Assembly (NCBI GenBank): GCA_947593515.1
Contig: CANQDQ010000007.1
Location: 14,484 to 78,483 of the forward strand
DNA length: 64,000 nt
DNA from: an uncultured Bacteroidales bacterium
Lineage (GTDB): Bacteria > Bacteroidota > Bacteroidia > Bacteroidales > UBA11471
Direction of reading: 5' to 3'
Position 1 is the first letter of the stretch, and each line of letters begins with the position of its first letter. The notes beneath the pieces were generated by a model that was given only the letters and a program-made list of their open reading frames with translations, was not told the origin of the DNA and made no database searches. The position numbers and the translations under genes were made by a program. Shown in pieces: positions 1 to 13,123 of this stretch.

Positions 1-405
1 GCCCGGCGCTTTCCGGTCGAGCGGCAGGTCTATGGTCTCGCCGGCAATGGCTCCCGCACCGTCGATAGGCTCGCCCAAGGTGTTGATGACACGACCTACA
101 AGACCGTCGCCTACGGGAATGGAAGCGATTTTTCCGGTGCGGCGTACCGTCATGTTCTCTTTGACGGAGCTGTTCTGACCCATGAGAATGACGCCGACGT
201 TGCTCTCTTCGAGGTTCATGGCGACACCGCGTACACCGTTTTCAAATTCTACCAACTCACTCGAACGAACGTTATCGAGACCGAAGACGTGAGCAACACC
301 GTCGCCCACTTCGAGTACGGTACCGACTTCTTCAAAAGAGACCTTCGAATCGACCTCTTCGAGTTGTTGTTTCAGTATATCTGAAATCTCATCTGGTTTA
401 ATCAT
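1..405 (-). CDS. atpA: F1 ATP synthase alpha subunit, N-terminal part (gene runs off the left edge)
   Basis: Own translation of the minus strand from ATG at 405-403 gives MIKPDEISDILKQQLEEVDSKVSFEEVGTVLEVGDGVAHVFGLDNV..., the typical F1-alpha N-terminus. ATGA overlap with the atpH stop. Absent from the ORF track because the frame is open at the window edge. Confidence 0.9.
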   Translation of the reverse strand, partial: MIKPDEISDILKQQLEEVDSKVSFEEVGTVLEVGDGVAHVFGLDNVRSSELVEFENGVRGVAMNLEESNVGVILMGQNSSVKENMTVRRTGKIASIPVGDGLVGRVINTLGEPIDGAGAIAGETIDLPLDRKAPG

Positions 406-959
406 AATCTTTTGCTGTGTATTAATTTTAACCGCAATTGTTTCAGTTCTTTTTCGATAGAAGCGTCCATCTGCAACCCATCGACATCGAGCACAAAACC
501 GCCGATGATTTCAGGGTCTATCGTATGTTCCAATTCCAACGTTTTACCTTGGCACTGGGCGGCAACGACAGCCTCTATGCGGGCAAGCGTTTTGCTGTCG
601 AGAGGGGTCGCCGTTACGATATGCGCCTTGACGATACGGTTGCATTCGCGATACAGTTTCTGATACGCGAGCATGATGGAGCGGATATAGTCTTCACGCC
701 GTTTGACCAATAGCAGACGGATAAAACGAAGGTATTCTTTCGAGCTATCGGCATCGACACCGGCAGCAGAGAGCAACAGGGTTTCTTTCCGTGCGGCTTC
801 CAGCACAGGGTTGAGCATCGCTTCCTGCAAATCGGGGTGTGCGACAAAACTTTTTTCCACTTGTCGCGCCACGTCGTAGAGGCGTTGCGTAGCGTTCTGG
901 TCTTGCGCATATTTGAGCAAGGCTTTCGCATATCGGCTGGCGATAAGTCCTTCGTTCAT
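402..959 (-). CDS. atpH: F1 ATP synthase delta (OSCP) subunit
   Basis: 185-aa ORF between atpF and atpA. N-terminal ASRYAKALLKYA and C-terminal IIGGFVLDVDGLQMDASIEKELKQL are delta/OSCP-like. Confidence 0.85.
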   Translation of the reverse strand: MNEGLIASRYAKALLKYAQDQNATQRLYDVARQVEKSFVAHPDLQEAMLNPVLEAARKETLLLSAAGVDADSSKEYLRFIRLLLVKRREDYIRSIMLAYQKLYRECNRIVKAHIVTATPLDSKTLARIEAVVAAQCQGKTLELEHTIDPEIIGGFVLDVDGLQMDASIEKELKQLRLKLIHSKRL

Positions 960-965
960 ATTCGA

Positions 966-1463
966 TTAATTTTTATTCTCGATGTCTGTTAATAGTTTGT
1001 CCACCAACTCTTTCTGCTTCTTGTTATCGGAGAGTTCCTGCCGCATCAGTTTTTCGGCGATTTGCAGGGCAAATTCGCTTACCTGCCGACGGAACTGCGC
1101 TTCCGATTCCTTGCGGGCTTCTTCTATCGCTACGGCAGCGGCGTCCATTACTTTCTTGGCTTCGACCGAAGCGGCTTTGCGCGCATCTTCTATGATTTGC
1201 GCTTTGGTCTGTGCGGCTTCCCGCAAGATTTCGAGCTGCTTCTGCTGTGCTTCGGCAAGGAGAGCTTGGGCGTTTTCCGTTGCGTGTTCGAGCTGGGTCT
1301 TGGCTTCCTGCGCATAAGCTACGCCTTTATCTATGAAGTCGGCGCGTTCGTCCACGCTTTTCAAGATGGCAGGCCACGCGTATTTCGCCAATATCACGAA
1401 GAGTATGGCAAACACGAGGAACATCCAGAATACCAGTCCGAATTCGGGAGTGAATAGTTCCAT
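966..1463 (-). CDS. atpF: Fo ATP synthase subunit b
   Basis: 165 aa with one N-terminal TM helix, then a long charged coiled coil (AEAQQKQLEILREAAQTKAQIIEDARK). Operon position fits. Confidence 0.85.
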   Translation of the reverse strand: MELFTPEFGLVFWMFLVFAILFVILAKYAWPAILKSVDERADFIDKGVAYAQEAKTQLEHATENAQALLAEAQQKQLEILREAAQTKAQIIEDARKAASVEAKKVMDAAAVAIEEARKESEAQFRRQVSEFALQIAEKLMRQELSDNKKQKELVDKLLTDIENKN

Positions 1464-1481
1464 AGCGCGTTTTTTTGACGA

Positions 1482-1745
<264 letters not shown>

Positions 1746-1780
1746 TTAATTTTAAGGGTTTATAATTTTATTTTGTTTTT

Positions 1781-2842
1781 TTATTTTACAGGTGCTTCCT
1801 CGCCGTGCACTCTCGCCAGACTGATGAATATCGTGGACAAGATAGTGAACACGTAGGCTTGTATGAAACTTATCAATACGTCGAGAAGGTTCATGAAAAG
1901 TGAAAAGAGTACTGCCAATACGGTGGTTCCCGCCAGTACTGCCGTGCCCATGGCTCCGAAGATGAAGATGAGCGATATGAGCACCAGCACAATCAGGTGT
2001 CCGCCCATCATGTTGGCGAACAGACGAATCATCAACGCCACCGGTTTGGTGAGGGCGCCGAACAACTCGATGACGGGCATCAACGGTATGGGACACTTCA
2101 TCCACATGGGAACCTCCGGCCAGAAAATATCTTTCCAGTAATGTTTGGTTCCGGTAAGATTGACCACGAGGAACGTGCAGAGTGCCAGCACCATCGTAAC
2201 GGCGATATTTCCCGAGAGGTTGGCTCCGGCGGGGAATATGACCATCAATCCCAAGATGTTGATGAAGAAGATGAAGAAAAATACCGTCAGCAGATAGGGG
2301 GCATACCGTTTGGCGTCGCGCCCCAATACGGGTTTCACGAGGTCTTGGTATATCATGTCGATAATCAGCTCCATAAAGCCGTAGCCTTTGCGCGGCGCTC
2401 CATGCGGGTGCTTGCGATACCAGCGTGCCATCGGAATGAAGCAGAGGCAGAGCAGCGCGGTGGCGATGAACAGCGCCATCACGTTTTTGGTAATCGACAG
2501 GTCGAGCGGACGATAGGCATTGCCGTCGGCGTCGAGGGTTACCACCTTGCCTTTGAGCTCACCTTCCTGCGGAATGAAATAGCCGTTGTAAGTCTCCCCG
2601 TGAGCGACGCGGTGCGACCCGAACACGCTCCATTCGCCCTCGTGGTTGCGGACGATGATGGGCAGCGGTATGCGCATCGTGTGGGAAAACGGCACTTCCC
2701 AACCGTAATTGTCGAGCAGGTGCTCGAAAATGGTTTCTTTGGCATCGAAAGTCCCACTCTCTTCTTCGGCACGCACCGGCAGAGTGCACGCCGCCATGAC
2801 GGCGAGAAGCAGAAGCATTCGATAGAATATCGTTTTTTTCAT
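1781..2842 (-). CDS. atpB: Fo ATP synthase subunit a (with long N-terminal extension)
   Basis: 353 aa. The C-terminal half carries the a-subunit helices, including the essential Arg motif LMIRLFANMMGGHL. The N-terminus is signal-like, followed by about 100 extra residues, as recalled for other Bacteroidota. Confidence 0.85.
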   Translation of the reverse strand: MKKTIFYRMLLLLAVMAACTLPVRAEEESGTFDAKETIFEHLLDNYGWEVPFSHTMRIPLPIIVRNHEGEWSVFGSHRVAHGETYNGYFIPQEGELKGKVVTLDADGNAYRPLDLSITKNVMALFIATALLCLCFIPMARWYRKHPHGAPRKGYGFMELIIDMIYQDLVKPVLGRDAKRYAPYLLTVFFFIFFINILGLMVIFPAGANLSGNIAVTMVLALCTFLVVNLTGTKHYWKDIFWPEVPMWMKCPIPLMPVIELFGALTKPVALMIRLFANMMGGHLIVLVLISLIFIFGAMGTAVLAGTTVLAVLFSLFMNLLDVLISFIQAYVFTILSTIFISLARVHGEEAPVK

Positions 2843-2867
2843 CTCTGTGTCGTTTTTCTGTCGAATA

Positions 2868-3101
2868 TCATTTCAAGCATACGGCAACCCGATTGTTGTT
2901 TACATCGACAAAACCGCCCTCGATTTCCACGCTTTTCACTTCGCCGCCGCTTTCGTATTCGAGCGTTCCGGCGCGGAGGGTGGAGAGCAGGGAGGCATGG
3001 TCTTGCAGCACGGTAAACGAGCCGAGCGTACCGGGCAGCGTTACCCGAGTGGCTTCGCCTTGGAAAAGGATTCCGGTAGAAGATATGATTTCGAGATTCA
3101 T
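2868..3101 (-). CDS. atpC: F1 ATP synthase epsilon subunit (short form)
   Basis: 77-aa beta-sandwich-only epsilon (ISSTGILFQGEATRVTLPGTLGSFTVLQDHASLLS) immediately downstream of atpD. Confidence 0.8.
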   Translation of the reverse strand: MNLEIISSTGILFQGEATRVTLPGTLGSFTVLQDHASLLSTLRAGTLEYESGGEVKSVEIEGGFVDVNNNRVAVCLK

Positions 3102-3119
3102 GGCATGAACGATTTAAGA

Positions 3120-5722
<2,603 letters not shown>

Positions 5723-5755
5723 ATCGTTTTGCTGTTTTATTGTTCTTACTTATTA

Positions 5756-7387
5756 TTATCGGTCTATATCGGGAACGACGTAATCGAGCGAAGCTCCGAT
5801 AGCTATCAGGTCGGCAATTTTCGCGCCGCGCGCCAAATGGTCGATTGCGCCCACCAACGCATATCCGGGCGATACAACTTTGAGGCGGTAAGGCGTTTTG
5901 TCACCGCGGCTTTCGAGATAGATGCCGAATGCGCCGCGCGATGCCTCCACCTGCTTGAAGTAGCGACCTTCGGGCACTTTGATAATCGGTTTCGTCTTCA
6001 CGGCATAATCGCCTTCGGGTATATTATCGACGAGCTGTTCGAGAATGCGGAGCGACTGTTCTATCTCTTTCATACGCACCATATAGCGCGCGTAGGAGTC
6101 GCCTTCGGTCGCAAGCACCTCGTCGAAATCCACTTTGTCGTACACGCCGTAAGGGGTGCGTTTGCGCACGTCGCACGCCCAACCCGATGCCCGTCCCGAA
6201 GGTCCGGTGGTGTTGTAGCGCACCGCATCTTCGAGCGAAAGATGCCCCACGCCTATCAGGCGGTTGCGGGCGATGACGTTGCCTGAGAATACTTCGTGAT
6301 ACTCTTTCAGCCGGTCGGGCATGATACGTATGAAATCCTTGACCTTGCGCCGGAAGTCGGGGTGTATATCCGCCATGACGCCGCCGATGGTGTTGTAGTT
6401 CATCGACATTCGCGCACCGCACGTGTCTTCGAATATATCGAGTACCAATTCTCTTTCTCTGAATCCGTAGAAGAATGCCGTCAAGGCGCCGAGGTCCATC
6501 GCCATCGTAGCGAAGAAAAGCAGGTGCGACGAAATGCGCATCAGCTCGTCCATCATCGTGCGAATGTACTGCGCCCGCAACGGCACTTCGAGTTGCAGGG
6601 CGTCTTCGATGCACATGCAGAGGGCGTGGCGGTTCTGGTGCGCCGACAGGTAGTCGAGACGGTCGGTCATGTGCAGGGTCTGCGGGTAAGTCATGCCCTC
6701 CCACAACTTTTCGATGCCGCGATGTATATACCCGCAGTGGACGTCGATTTTCTTTATCACTTCGCCGTCGAGGGCGGTGCGGAAACGCAGCACGCCGTGC
6801 GTGGCGGGGTGCTGCGGCCCGATATTCACGATATAGTCGTCTTTGCCGAAAATCTCGACGATTTTCTTTTCCGGCTTGCCGTCGGGGGTCATCGACCACG
6901 ATACGGTGGTATCGCTGCACTCCTCGTTGTTTTCCGGTATCGGATTGTTTTCGCGGCTGGTGTCGTAGTCTTTCCGGAGGGGGTATCCGTACCAGTCTTC
7001 CCGCAGGAAGATGCGGCGCATATCGGGGTGCCCGATAAAGCGTATTCCGAAGAAATCATAAACCTCGCGCTCTTCGAACAGGGCGTTCGTCCATATATGA
7101 CTTACGCTGTACAGCAGCGGATTTTCGCGGTCGGTCGTGGAAGTTTTGAGAATAACCCAATGATTGTATTTGACGGAGTTGAGATAATAAACGACACCCA
7201 GCGAGTCGCCCCAGTCGTTGCCCACCAGCGCCACGAGGTTGTCGAATTGCAAATCGGCATCGTCGTGCAGATAAGCCGCCAATGCGGGCAGCTTTTCGGC
7301 AGGCACCGCAAAGGTGGGGTACTGCCCCGCCTCCGCAGAGGCTTCGGGCATGAATGCGCTTATTTTCTCCTGTATATCTGTCATCAA
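5756..7387 (-). CDS. nuoCD: NADH-quinone oxidoreductase fused subunits C/D
   Basis: 543 aa. The N-terminal NuoC-like part has EREVYDFFGIRFIGHPD. The C-terminal NuoD-like part has NIGPQHPATHGVLRF and ends ...VVPDIDR. Confidence 0.9.
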   Translation of the reverse strand: MMTDIQEKISAFMPEASAEAGQYPTFAVPAEKLPALAAYLHDDADLQFDNLVALVGNDWGDSLGVVYYLNSVKYNHWVILKTSTTDRENPLLYSVSHIWTNALFEEREVYDFFGIRFIGHPDMRRIFLREDWYGYPLRKDYDTSRENNPIPENNEECSDTTVSWSMTPDGKPEKKIVEIFGKDDYIVNIGPQHPATHGVLRFRTALDGEVIKKIDVHCGYIHRGIEKLWEGMTYPQTLHMTDRLDYLSAHQNRHALCMCIEDALQLEVPLRAQYIRTMMDELMRISSHLLFFATMAMDLGALTAFFYGFRERELVLDIFEDTCGARMSMNYNTIGGVMADIHPDFRRKVKDFIRIMPDRLKEYHEVFSGNVIARNRLIGVGHLSLEDAVRYNTTGPSGRASGWACDVRKRTPYGVYDKVDFDEVLATEGDSYARYMVRMKEIEQSLRILEQLVDNIPEGDYAVKTKPIIKVPEGRYFKQVEASRGAFGIYLESRGDKTPYRLKVVSPGYALVGAIDHLARGAKIADLIAIGASLDYVVPDIDR

Positions 7388-7388
7388 A

Positions 7389-7979
7389 TCAATCTTTCAC
7401 TTCAATGGGTTTCCGCTCTTTCCGATTCACGCCGCCGAAAAAGTTTTCGACTTTCACTTTGCGCTGCAACTGCATCATGCCGTAAAGCATGGCTTCGGGA
7501 CGGGGCGGACACCCGGGTATATAGACATCGACGGGCAGGATTTCGCCTACACCGTTGAGCACATGATACGAATTTTTGAACGGACCGCCGGAAACGGCGC
7601 AGCCGCCTACGGCAATCACATATTTCGGTTCTGCCATCTGGTCGTACAGGCGTTTGAGCACGGGCGCCATTTTGTGCACTATCGTTCCTGCGACCATGAT
7701 GAAATCGGCTTGACGCGGACTGGCGCGGGCTACCTCGAACCCGAATCGCGCCATGTCATAGCGCGCAGCGCCCACCGACATAAATTCGATACCGCAGCAG
7801 CTGGTAGCGAACGTCAAGGGCCAAAGCGAATTGGAGCGCCCCCAATTGATCACGTCATCGAGACACCCGATAACCACGTTCGTCCCGTTGGCGCGAAGCT
7901 CTTCGACCATTTTTTCGAGAGCTTCATTATCTTTGAAATCCTCCGATTTCATCGCCTTTATCTTTGCCTTTACTTCCAT
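7389..7979 (-). CDS. nuoB: NADH-quinone oxidoreductase subunit B
   Basis: N2-cluster cysteines ([26 protein letters not shown]). Start taken at MEVKAKIK (ATG 7979-7977), overlapping the nuoA stop. The track ORF extends further upstream. Confidence 0.9.
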   Translation of the reverse strand: MEVKAKIKAMKSEDFKDNEALEKMVEELRANGTNVVIGCLDDVINWGRSNSLWPLTFATSCCGIEFMSVGAARYDMARFGFEVARASPRQADFIMVAGTIVHKMAPVLKRLYDQMAEPKYVIAVGGCAVSGGPFKNSYHVLNGVGEILPVDVYIPGCPPRPEAMLYGMMQLQRKVKVENFFGGVNRKERKPIEVKD

Positions 7980-8356
7980 TCCAACGCTCCTTTCTTCCAT
8001 GCGTAAGCCAATCCCAGAATCAGAATCAGCAGGAAAAACAGAATGTTTACCAGACCGGCAACACCCAAATCGCGGACGATAACCGCCCACGGAAAGAGCA
8101 ATACCGTCTCCACGTCGAACATCAGAAAGAGTATGGCGAACAGATAATAGCCCGCCTTAAACTGCATCCACGATGTACCGTGCGTGGGAATACCGCACTC
8201 ATAAGCCTCGCCTTTCTGAGCGTTGTACGAGCGGGGCGCGATGAACCACGCAATTACCAACGCGGCAGCCACCAGTGCGATACCTGTAATAAAGACGACT
8301 ACGAATAAAGATAAATTCATTATCAACGATAAAAAGATTCTCGCGATTTCGTACAT
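7970..8356 (-). CDS. nuoA: NADH-quinone oxidoreductase subunit A
   Basis: Three-TM protein with the YECG motif (GEAYECGIP) and FDVE ([13 protein letters not shown]). An alternative start at ATG 8320 (MNLSLFVV...) would give a more typical ~116 aa. Confidence 0.85.
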   Translation of the reverse strand: MYEIARIFLSLIMNLSLFVVVFITGIALVAAALVIAWFIAPRSYNAQKGEAYECGIPTHGTSWMQFKAGYYLFAILFLMFDVETVLLFPWAVIVRDLGVAGLVNILFFLLILILGLAYAWKKGALEWK

Positions 8357-8522
8357 TTCCGAAATCGTCCCCCAAAGAAACGAAATAAAAAAGAATAAAA
8401 CAAATTATTTTCACAAAAATTGTAAAGAGAAATTTGTATCTTTTTCAACTTCAAAGGGATTCATCGGGAAAGTCGAATATTTGTTTTTCCGGAAATAAAA
8501 TTGTCATTTCGGGAAAAAGAGT

Positions 8523-8530
8523 TATCTTTG
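8523..8530 (+). promoter_or_regulatory. Bacteroidota -7 promoter box TATCTTTG (TAnnTTTG) upstream of lpxK
   Basis: Exact match to TAnnTTTG, 18 nt before the proposed lpxK ATG. Confidence 0.45.
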
Positions 8531-8547
8531 CTATCACATTTTGTGAG

Positions 8548-9693
8548 ATGACAGAAAAAATAAGCGAATCGATTACGCGCGGGGAGTCTATAAAACTATA
8601 TCCCCTGCTTGCGCCGGCGGCATGGCTGTACGGCGCAATCGTATGGATACGCAACCGTCTTTTCGATTGGAATCTGCTGCCGAGCGAGAGTTTCGACATT
8701 CCGGTGATAAGCGTGGGAAATCTCACTGCCGGCGGCACGGGGAAAACACCCCATATCGAGTACTTGATACATATGCTCACGGGGGCATCGTACCGCGTGG
8801 CGGTGCTCAGTCGCGGCTACAAACGCCACACGCACGGATTCAGGCTCGTAACCATGACTTCGACGGCTGCCGAAGCCGGCGACGAACCGTTGCAGATAAA
8901 GCGGAAATTTCCGACCGTCATTGTCGCCGTCGATGCCAATCGCCGGCGGGGCATATCGCGGCTGCTCCAACAAGCGCCCGACATCGACGTGATACTGCTC
9001 GACGACGCTTACCAGCACCGCTCTGTCGTACCGGCCGTTTCCATTTTGCTCACCGGCTACAACCGCATGATTTACGAAGACAAACTGCTGCCCGTAGGGC
9101 GGTTGCGCGAACAGGTTGCGGAAAAATCGCGCGCCAATATCGTCGTCGTTACCAAATGTCCGGACTCGTTAAAGCCCATCGACTACCGGCTGTTGTCGAA
9201 GCACCTCAACCTCTACCCTTACCAGTCGCTCTACTTTTCCGGTCTGCAATACGAAGAATTGAAGCCCGTTTTCCCGAACGGAAAAGCGAAACTCATTTCG
9301 TTGGAACAGTTGAACGAGCCGCAGAGCGACGCGCTGATTATCTGCGGTATCGCCTATCCGCAACCCTTTATCGAATATATCGAGCGGTATGTTCCGCAGC
9401 CGAAAGTGTGGAAATACGGCGACCACCACGAATTTTCGGCGCAAGAGTTGAAAAAAGCGGAAGCGTGGGTGAATGCCTCCTGCGAACAGGGGCACAAATG
9501 CCACATCATCGTTACCGAAAAAGACGCCGCCCGCCTCATCGACAACCCCGATGTGCCGAAGCTGTTGAAAGAACATCTCTATTACCTTCCCCTGCATATC
9601 CACTATATGCTCGAACAGCAGGAGGCTTTCGATACGCAAATCAAAGACATGATTACCCGCTTCCGCCGCCGCATGGTGGAGCGGAAAAAATAA
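8548..9693 (+). CDS. lpxK: tetraacyldisaccharide 4'-kinase
   Basis: P-loop context VISVGNLTAGGTGKTPHIEYL is typical of LpxK. Start moved to MTEKISESI (ATG 8548) inside the 419-aa track ORF. Confidence 0.85.
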   Translation: MTEKISESITRGESIKLYPLLAPAAWLYGAIVWIRNRLFDWNLLPSESFDIPVISVGNLTAGGTGKTPHIEYLIHMLTGASYRVAVLSRGYKRHTHGFRLVTMTSTAAEAGDEPLQIKRKFPTVIVAVDANRRRGISRLLQQAPDIDVILLDDAYQHRSVVPAVSILLTGYNRMIYEDKLLPVGRLREQVAEKSRANIVVVTKCPDSLKPIDYRLLSKHLNLYPYQSLYFSGLQYEELKPVFPNGKAKLISLEQLNEPQSDALIICGIAYPQPFIEYIERYVPQPKVWKYGDHHEFSAQELKKAEAWVNASCEQGHKCHIIVTEKDAARLIDNPDVPKLLKEHLYYLPLHIHYMLEQQEAFDTQIKDMITRFRRRMVERKK

Positions 9694-9700
9694 TACCGCC

Positions 9701-10513
9701 ATGATAAAAGCCATACAGGAATCGGCGACATACATTCGCTCGAAATGGGGTGCGACGCCCGACATCGCCATCATACTCGGTACGGGGCTGGGCGAGCTTG
9801 CAGGGCACATTACAGACCGGCAGGAGCTGCCCTATGCCGAAATACCGCATTTTCCGCTTTCGACCGTCGAAGGGCACAGCGGGAAACTCATTTTAGGAAG
9901 ATTGGGCAACAAACGCATTCTCGCCATGCAGGGACGCTTCCATTATTACGAAGGCTACTCCATGCAGCAGGTAACGTTTCCGGTGCGCGTGCTGCACGCA
10001 CTCGGCGTAAAAACGCTTTTCGTGTCGAACGCCGCCGGCGGCATGAACCCACAATTCAAAGTGGGCGACCTCATGATTATCACCGACCACATCAACACCT
10101 TTCCCGAGAACCCGCTGCGCGGGAAAAATTACGAGGAGCTCGGACCGCGCTTTCCCGACATGAGCGAAGCCTACACGCCGCGCCTCGTCGCAAAAGCGCT
10201 CGAAATAGCCGCCCGCAACCGCATCGACGTGAAGCAGGGTGTATATGTAGGGACACAGGGTCCCACCTTCGAGACCCCTGCCGAATACCGCTACTTCCGC
10301 ACCATCGGGGGCGATGCCGTAGGTATGTCCACCGTCCCCGAAGTGATTGTCGCCCACCACGCCGGCATGGAGGTTTTTGCCATTTCGGTCATTACCGACT
10401 TGGGCGGCTTCGGCGACATCGTCAAATGTTCGCACGAAGAAGTGCAAAAAGCCGCTGCGGAGGCGCAGCCCCGCATGACATTCATCATGCAGCAGCTCAT
10501 CGAAGAAATTTAA
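9701..10513 (+). CDS. purine nucleoside phosphorylase (trimeric PNP/MTAP family)
   Basis: 270 aa with GHSGKLILG, MQGRFHYYEG, AGGMNP and VGMSTVPEV motifs. Confidence 0.85.
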   Translation: MIKAIQESATYIRSKWGATPDIAIILGTGLGELAGHITDRQELPYAEIPHFPLSTVEGHSGKLILGRLGNKRILAMQGRFHYYEGYSMQQVTFPVRVLHALGVKTLFVSNAAGGMNPQFKVGDLMIITDHINTFPENPLRGKNYEELGPRFPDMSEAYTPRLVAKALEIAARNRIDVKQGVYVGTQGPTFETPAEYRYFRTIGGDAVGMSTVPEVIVAHHAGMEVFAISVITDLGGFGDIVKCSHEEVQKAAAEAQPRMTFIMQQLIEEI

Positions 10514-10532
10514 TTTTGCCTATCCTTATTCT

Positions 10533-11591
10533 ATGGAAGAAAAAAAACGTACGGAAATAGCGGCATTAGGAGAATTCGGTCTGATTGACCGGCTCACAGA
10601 AAACCTGCCGCTCAAAAACGCCTCCACCCTCAAAGGCGTGGGCGACGACGCCGCCATACTCGACTACAAAGAAAAACGGGTGCTCGTTACGACCGACCTC
10701 CTGCTCGAAGGCATACATTTCGACCTCACCTACGTGCCCTTGAAACATTTGGGCTACAAGTCGGCAGTGGTCAATTTCTCCGACATCTACGCCATGAACG
10801 GGCAGCCGCGCCAAATCACCGTATCGCTCGGCATTTCCAAACGATTCTCCGTCGAAGACTTGGAAGAGTTGTACGCCGGCATACGTCTTGCCTGCGACAT
10901 CTACGGCGTCGATCTCGTGGGCGGCGACACCTCCGCCTCCATGACGGGGCTGACGATAAGCATTACCTGCATCGGCGAAGGCGATGCCGACAAAACCGTC
11001 TGCCGCAACGGGGCGAAAGAAAACGACCTGATATGCGTCAGCGGCGACTTGGGCGCCGCCTATATGGGCTTGCAGCTGCTCGAACGCGAAAAAGCCGTAT
11101 TCGCAGGTGAGAAAGATTTCACGCCCGCCTTCGAGGGCAGGGAGTATCTGCTCGAACGCCAGCTCAAACCCGAAGCCCGCAAAGACATCGTCGCCGAACT
11201 TGCCAAACGCGACATCGTGCCCACCGCCATGATGGACGTCTCCGACGGGCTTTCGTCGGAGCTGCTGCACATCTGCCGTCAAAGCGGGACGGGCTGCCGC
11301 ATCTACGAAGAGCGCATACCCATCGACTACCAAACCGCCATGATGGCGGAGGAGTTCAACATGAACCTCGTAACGGCGGCGCTCAACGGCGGCGAAGATT
11401 ACGAACTGCTTTTCACCGTGCCGCTGACACGGCACGACGACGTCGCCGCCATGCCGGGCATACACATCATCGGACACATCACGGCGCCGTCGTTAGGCTG
11501 TTGCATGATAACCCGCGACAACACCGAAATAACGCTGCGCGCACAAGGGTGGAACTCGCTCGCCGAAGACGCCCCGAAAACCGAATGCTGA
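10533..11591 (+). CDS. thiL: thiamine-monophosphate kinase
   Basis: 352 aa. N-terminal LGEFGLIDRL...GVGDDAAIL, with AIR-synthase-like N and C domains. Confidence 0.85.
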   Translation: MEEKKRTEIAALGEFGLIDRLTENLPLKNASTLKGVGDDAAILDYKEKRVLVTTDLLLEGIHFDLTYVPLKHLGYKSAVVNFSDIYAMNGQPRQITVSLGISKRFSVEDLEELYAGIRLACDIYGVDLVGGDTSASMTGLTISITCIGEGDADKTVCRNGAKENDLICVSGDLGAAYMGLQLLEREKAVFAGEKDFTPAFEGREYLLERQLKPEARKDIVAELAKRDIVPTAMMDVSDGLSSELLHICRQSGTGCRIYEERIPIDYQTAMMAEEFNMNLVTAALNGGEDYELLFTVPLTRHDDVAAMPGIHIIGHITAPSLGCCMITRDNTEITLRAQGWNSLAEDAPKTEC

Positions 11592-11624
11592 AACTGAAAA
11601 TTAACTCTATAAAATTTTTTTGCA

Positions 11625-12689
11625 ATGAAAACAAAATTCTTACTCCTCGCAGGAGTCGCCGCACTCCTCTCCGCCTGCGGCGAAAAGTACACCATCACCG
11701 CCAACTGCGACGAAAGCGACAACGGCACGCAAGCCTATCTCTACGACCTGATGACCGGCGACGCCATCGACAGCTCTGTCGTAACCAACGGAAATATCGT
11801 ATTCAACGGCAGCCTCAACGGCGACGCCAAATTATGCCGCATTTCGTTTGCATCGGGATATTCGGATATATTCGTGCTCGAAGGCGGCAACATCGTTTTC
11901 GAGAGTGAAAACGCTGCGGGTACCCCTCAAAACGATTCCATACAAAGTTTCATCAACGCGTGCATAAATTCCCGCACACAGCACGTCGAAGCCTATAAAG
12001 CGCTCGACCGCAATGCCGCCGATTACAACGAACAAGTCGAAGCGATAAGCAACGCCATGCGCGACGACATCGGCAAAATATGCACCGGCTACATAGAGGC
12101 AATGCCCGGCAGCCGCGTCGCTACCTACTGCCTAATCAACTGGCTGCCCATGCTTGCGTTTGAAGAAGATCTCCTCGACAAAGCCGTTGCATACGCATCG
12201 GAAACCGACCTGCAATATCCCGATATTCAGAAATATATCAAAATAAACAATGCCCGCAAAACTACTGCAAAAGGGCAGATGTTCACCGACTTCACCATCG
12301 AAAACGGCAACCTCGACAGCACCGCCGTATCGCTCTCCGACTACGTGGGCAAAGGCAAATACATTCTGGTCGATTTCTGGGCTTCGTGGTGCGGACCCTG
12401 CCGTGCCGAAATACCGAACGTCAAAGAAGTATATAACCGGCACCACGGCGACCGCTTCGACATCGTAAGCGTTGCCGTATGGGACCAGCGCGACGCCACC
12501 CTCAAAGCCATCGAAGAATTGGCGCTGCCGTGGAATCAAATCATCGATGCCGGTGATATTCCCACCAAACTCTACGGCATTCCGGGCATTCCCGAACTCA
12601 TACTCTTCGCTCCCGACGGCACGATTGCCGCTCGCGGACTGCGCGGCGACGTATTGAAACAAACCGTTGCCGACGCCCTCGCCCAATAA
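11625..12689 (+). CDS. TlpA/AhpC-like thiol-disulfide oxidoreductase lipoprotein
   Basis: Lipobox LLSAC near the N-terminus. C-terminal thioredoxin fold with WASWCGPC. Confidence 0.8.
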   Translation: MKTKFLLLAGVAALLSACGEKYTITANCDESDNGTQAYLYDLMTGDAIDSSVVTNGNIVFNGSLNGDAKLCRISFASGYSDIFVLEGGNIVFESENAAGTPQNDSIQSFINACINSRTQHVEAYKALDRNAADYNEQVEAISNAMRDDIGKICTGYIEAMPGSRVATYCLINWLPMLAFEEDLLDKAVAYASETDLQYPDIQKYIKINNARKTTAKGQMFTDFTIENGNLDSTAVSLSDYVGKGKYILVDFWASWCGPCRAEIPNVKEVYNRHHGDRFDIVSVAVWDQRDATLKAIEELALPWNQIIDAGDIPTKLYGIPGIPELILFAPDGTIAARGLRGDVLKQTVADALAQ

Positions 12690-12750
12690 TCCGGCGCGCC
12701 GAAACCGCATAACACGCGGGGCGGGAAATTTCCCGCCCCGCTGTTTTTTT
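12670..12750 (+). repeat. direct repeat DR1, copy A (3' end of the TlpA-like gene + spacer + terminator)
   Basis: Recurs at 17247-17326. The first 63 nt differ only at 12703 (a vs g) and 12730 (t vs c). The remainder is a diverged but still self-complementary hairpin plus a T-run. Confidence 0.9.
12716..12750 (+). terminator. rho-independent terminator
   Basis: Perfect hairpin GCGGGGCGGGAAATTTCCCGCCCCGC followed by TGTTTTTTT. Confidence 0.85.
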
Positions 12751-12831
12751 ATCCCCTCACCCTCAATATTAGGGTAATCTATAAAAATGTAAAAAATAAT
12801 AATTATTCTTTGCCAGCAATATATAAAATAT

Positions 12832-12839
12832 TATCTTTG
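12832..12839 (+). promoter_or_regulatory. -7 promoter box TATCTTTG for the islet operon
   Basis: Exact TAnnTTTG in a very AT-rich leader, 57 nt before the ACP ATG. Confidence 0.5.
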
Positions 12840-12895
12840 CCGCACATTTGAAAATACAGCAATATAAAGGACTCATTGTAAAAGACTTTTTTAGC

Positions 12896-13123
12896 ATGGA
12901 TATCCACAAATTCATCAAACAATTAGCAGAACAATTCGACGATACGGATCCGTCGGAAATAAAACCGGACACAAAGTTTCAGGAACTTGAAGATTGGAGT
13001 TCCCTAACGGCAATGGGCATCATCGCCTTTGTCAAAACCATCTACGGAAAAGAAATTACAGGACTCGAGATTCGCTCATGCAATACAGTAGCAGATTTGT
13101 TCCGTATAGTTTCCAATAAATGA
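12896..13123 (+). CDS. orphan acyl/peptidyl carrier protein
   Basis: 75 aa from MDIHKFIKQLAEQFDD. The putative phosphopantetheine site is LEDWSSLTAMGIIAFV (WDSL-type carrier proteins of polysaccharide loci). The stop overlaps the next gene's start (ATGA). Confidence 0.75.
   Translation: MDIHKFIKQLAEQFDDTDPSEIKPDTKFQELEDWSSLTAMGIIAFVKTIYGKEITGLEIRSCNTVADLFRIVSNK

Noticed and set aside
9745-10560. A 271-aa Arg-rich ORF overlapping the nucleoside phosphorylase gene in another frame.
   Set aside because: The composition (RRRHR runs) is typical of an off-frame reading of GC-rich coding sequence, and the in-frame PNP gene is unambiguous.
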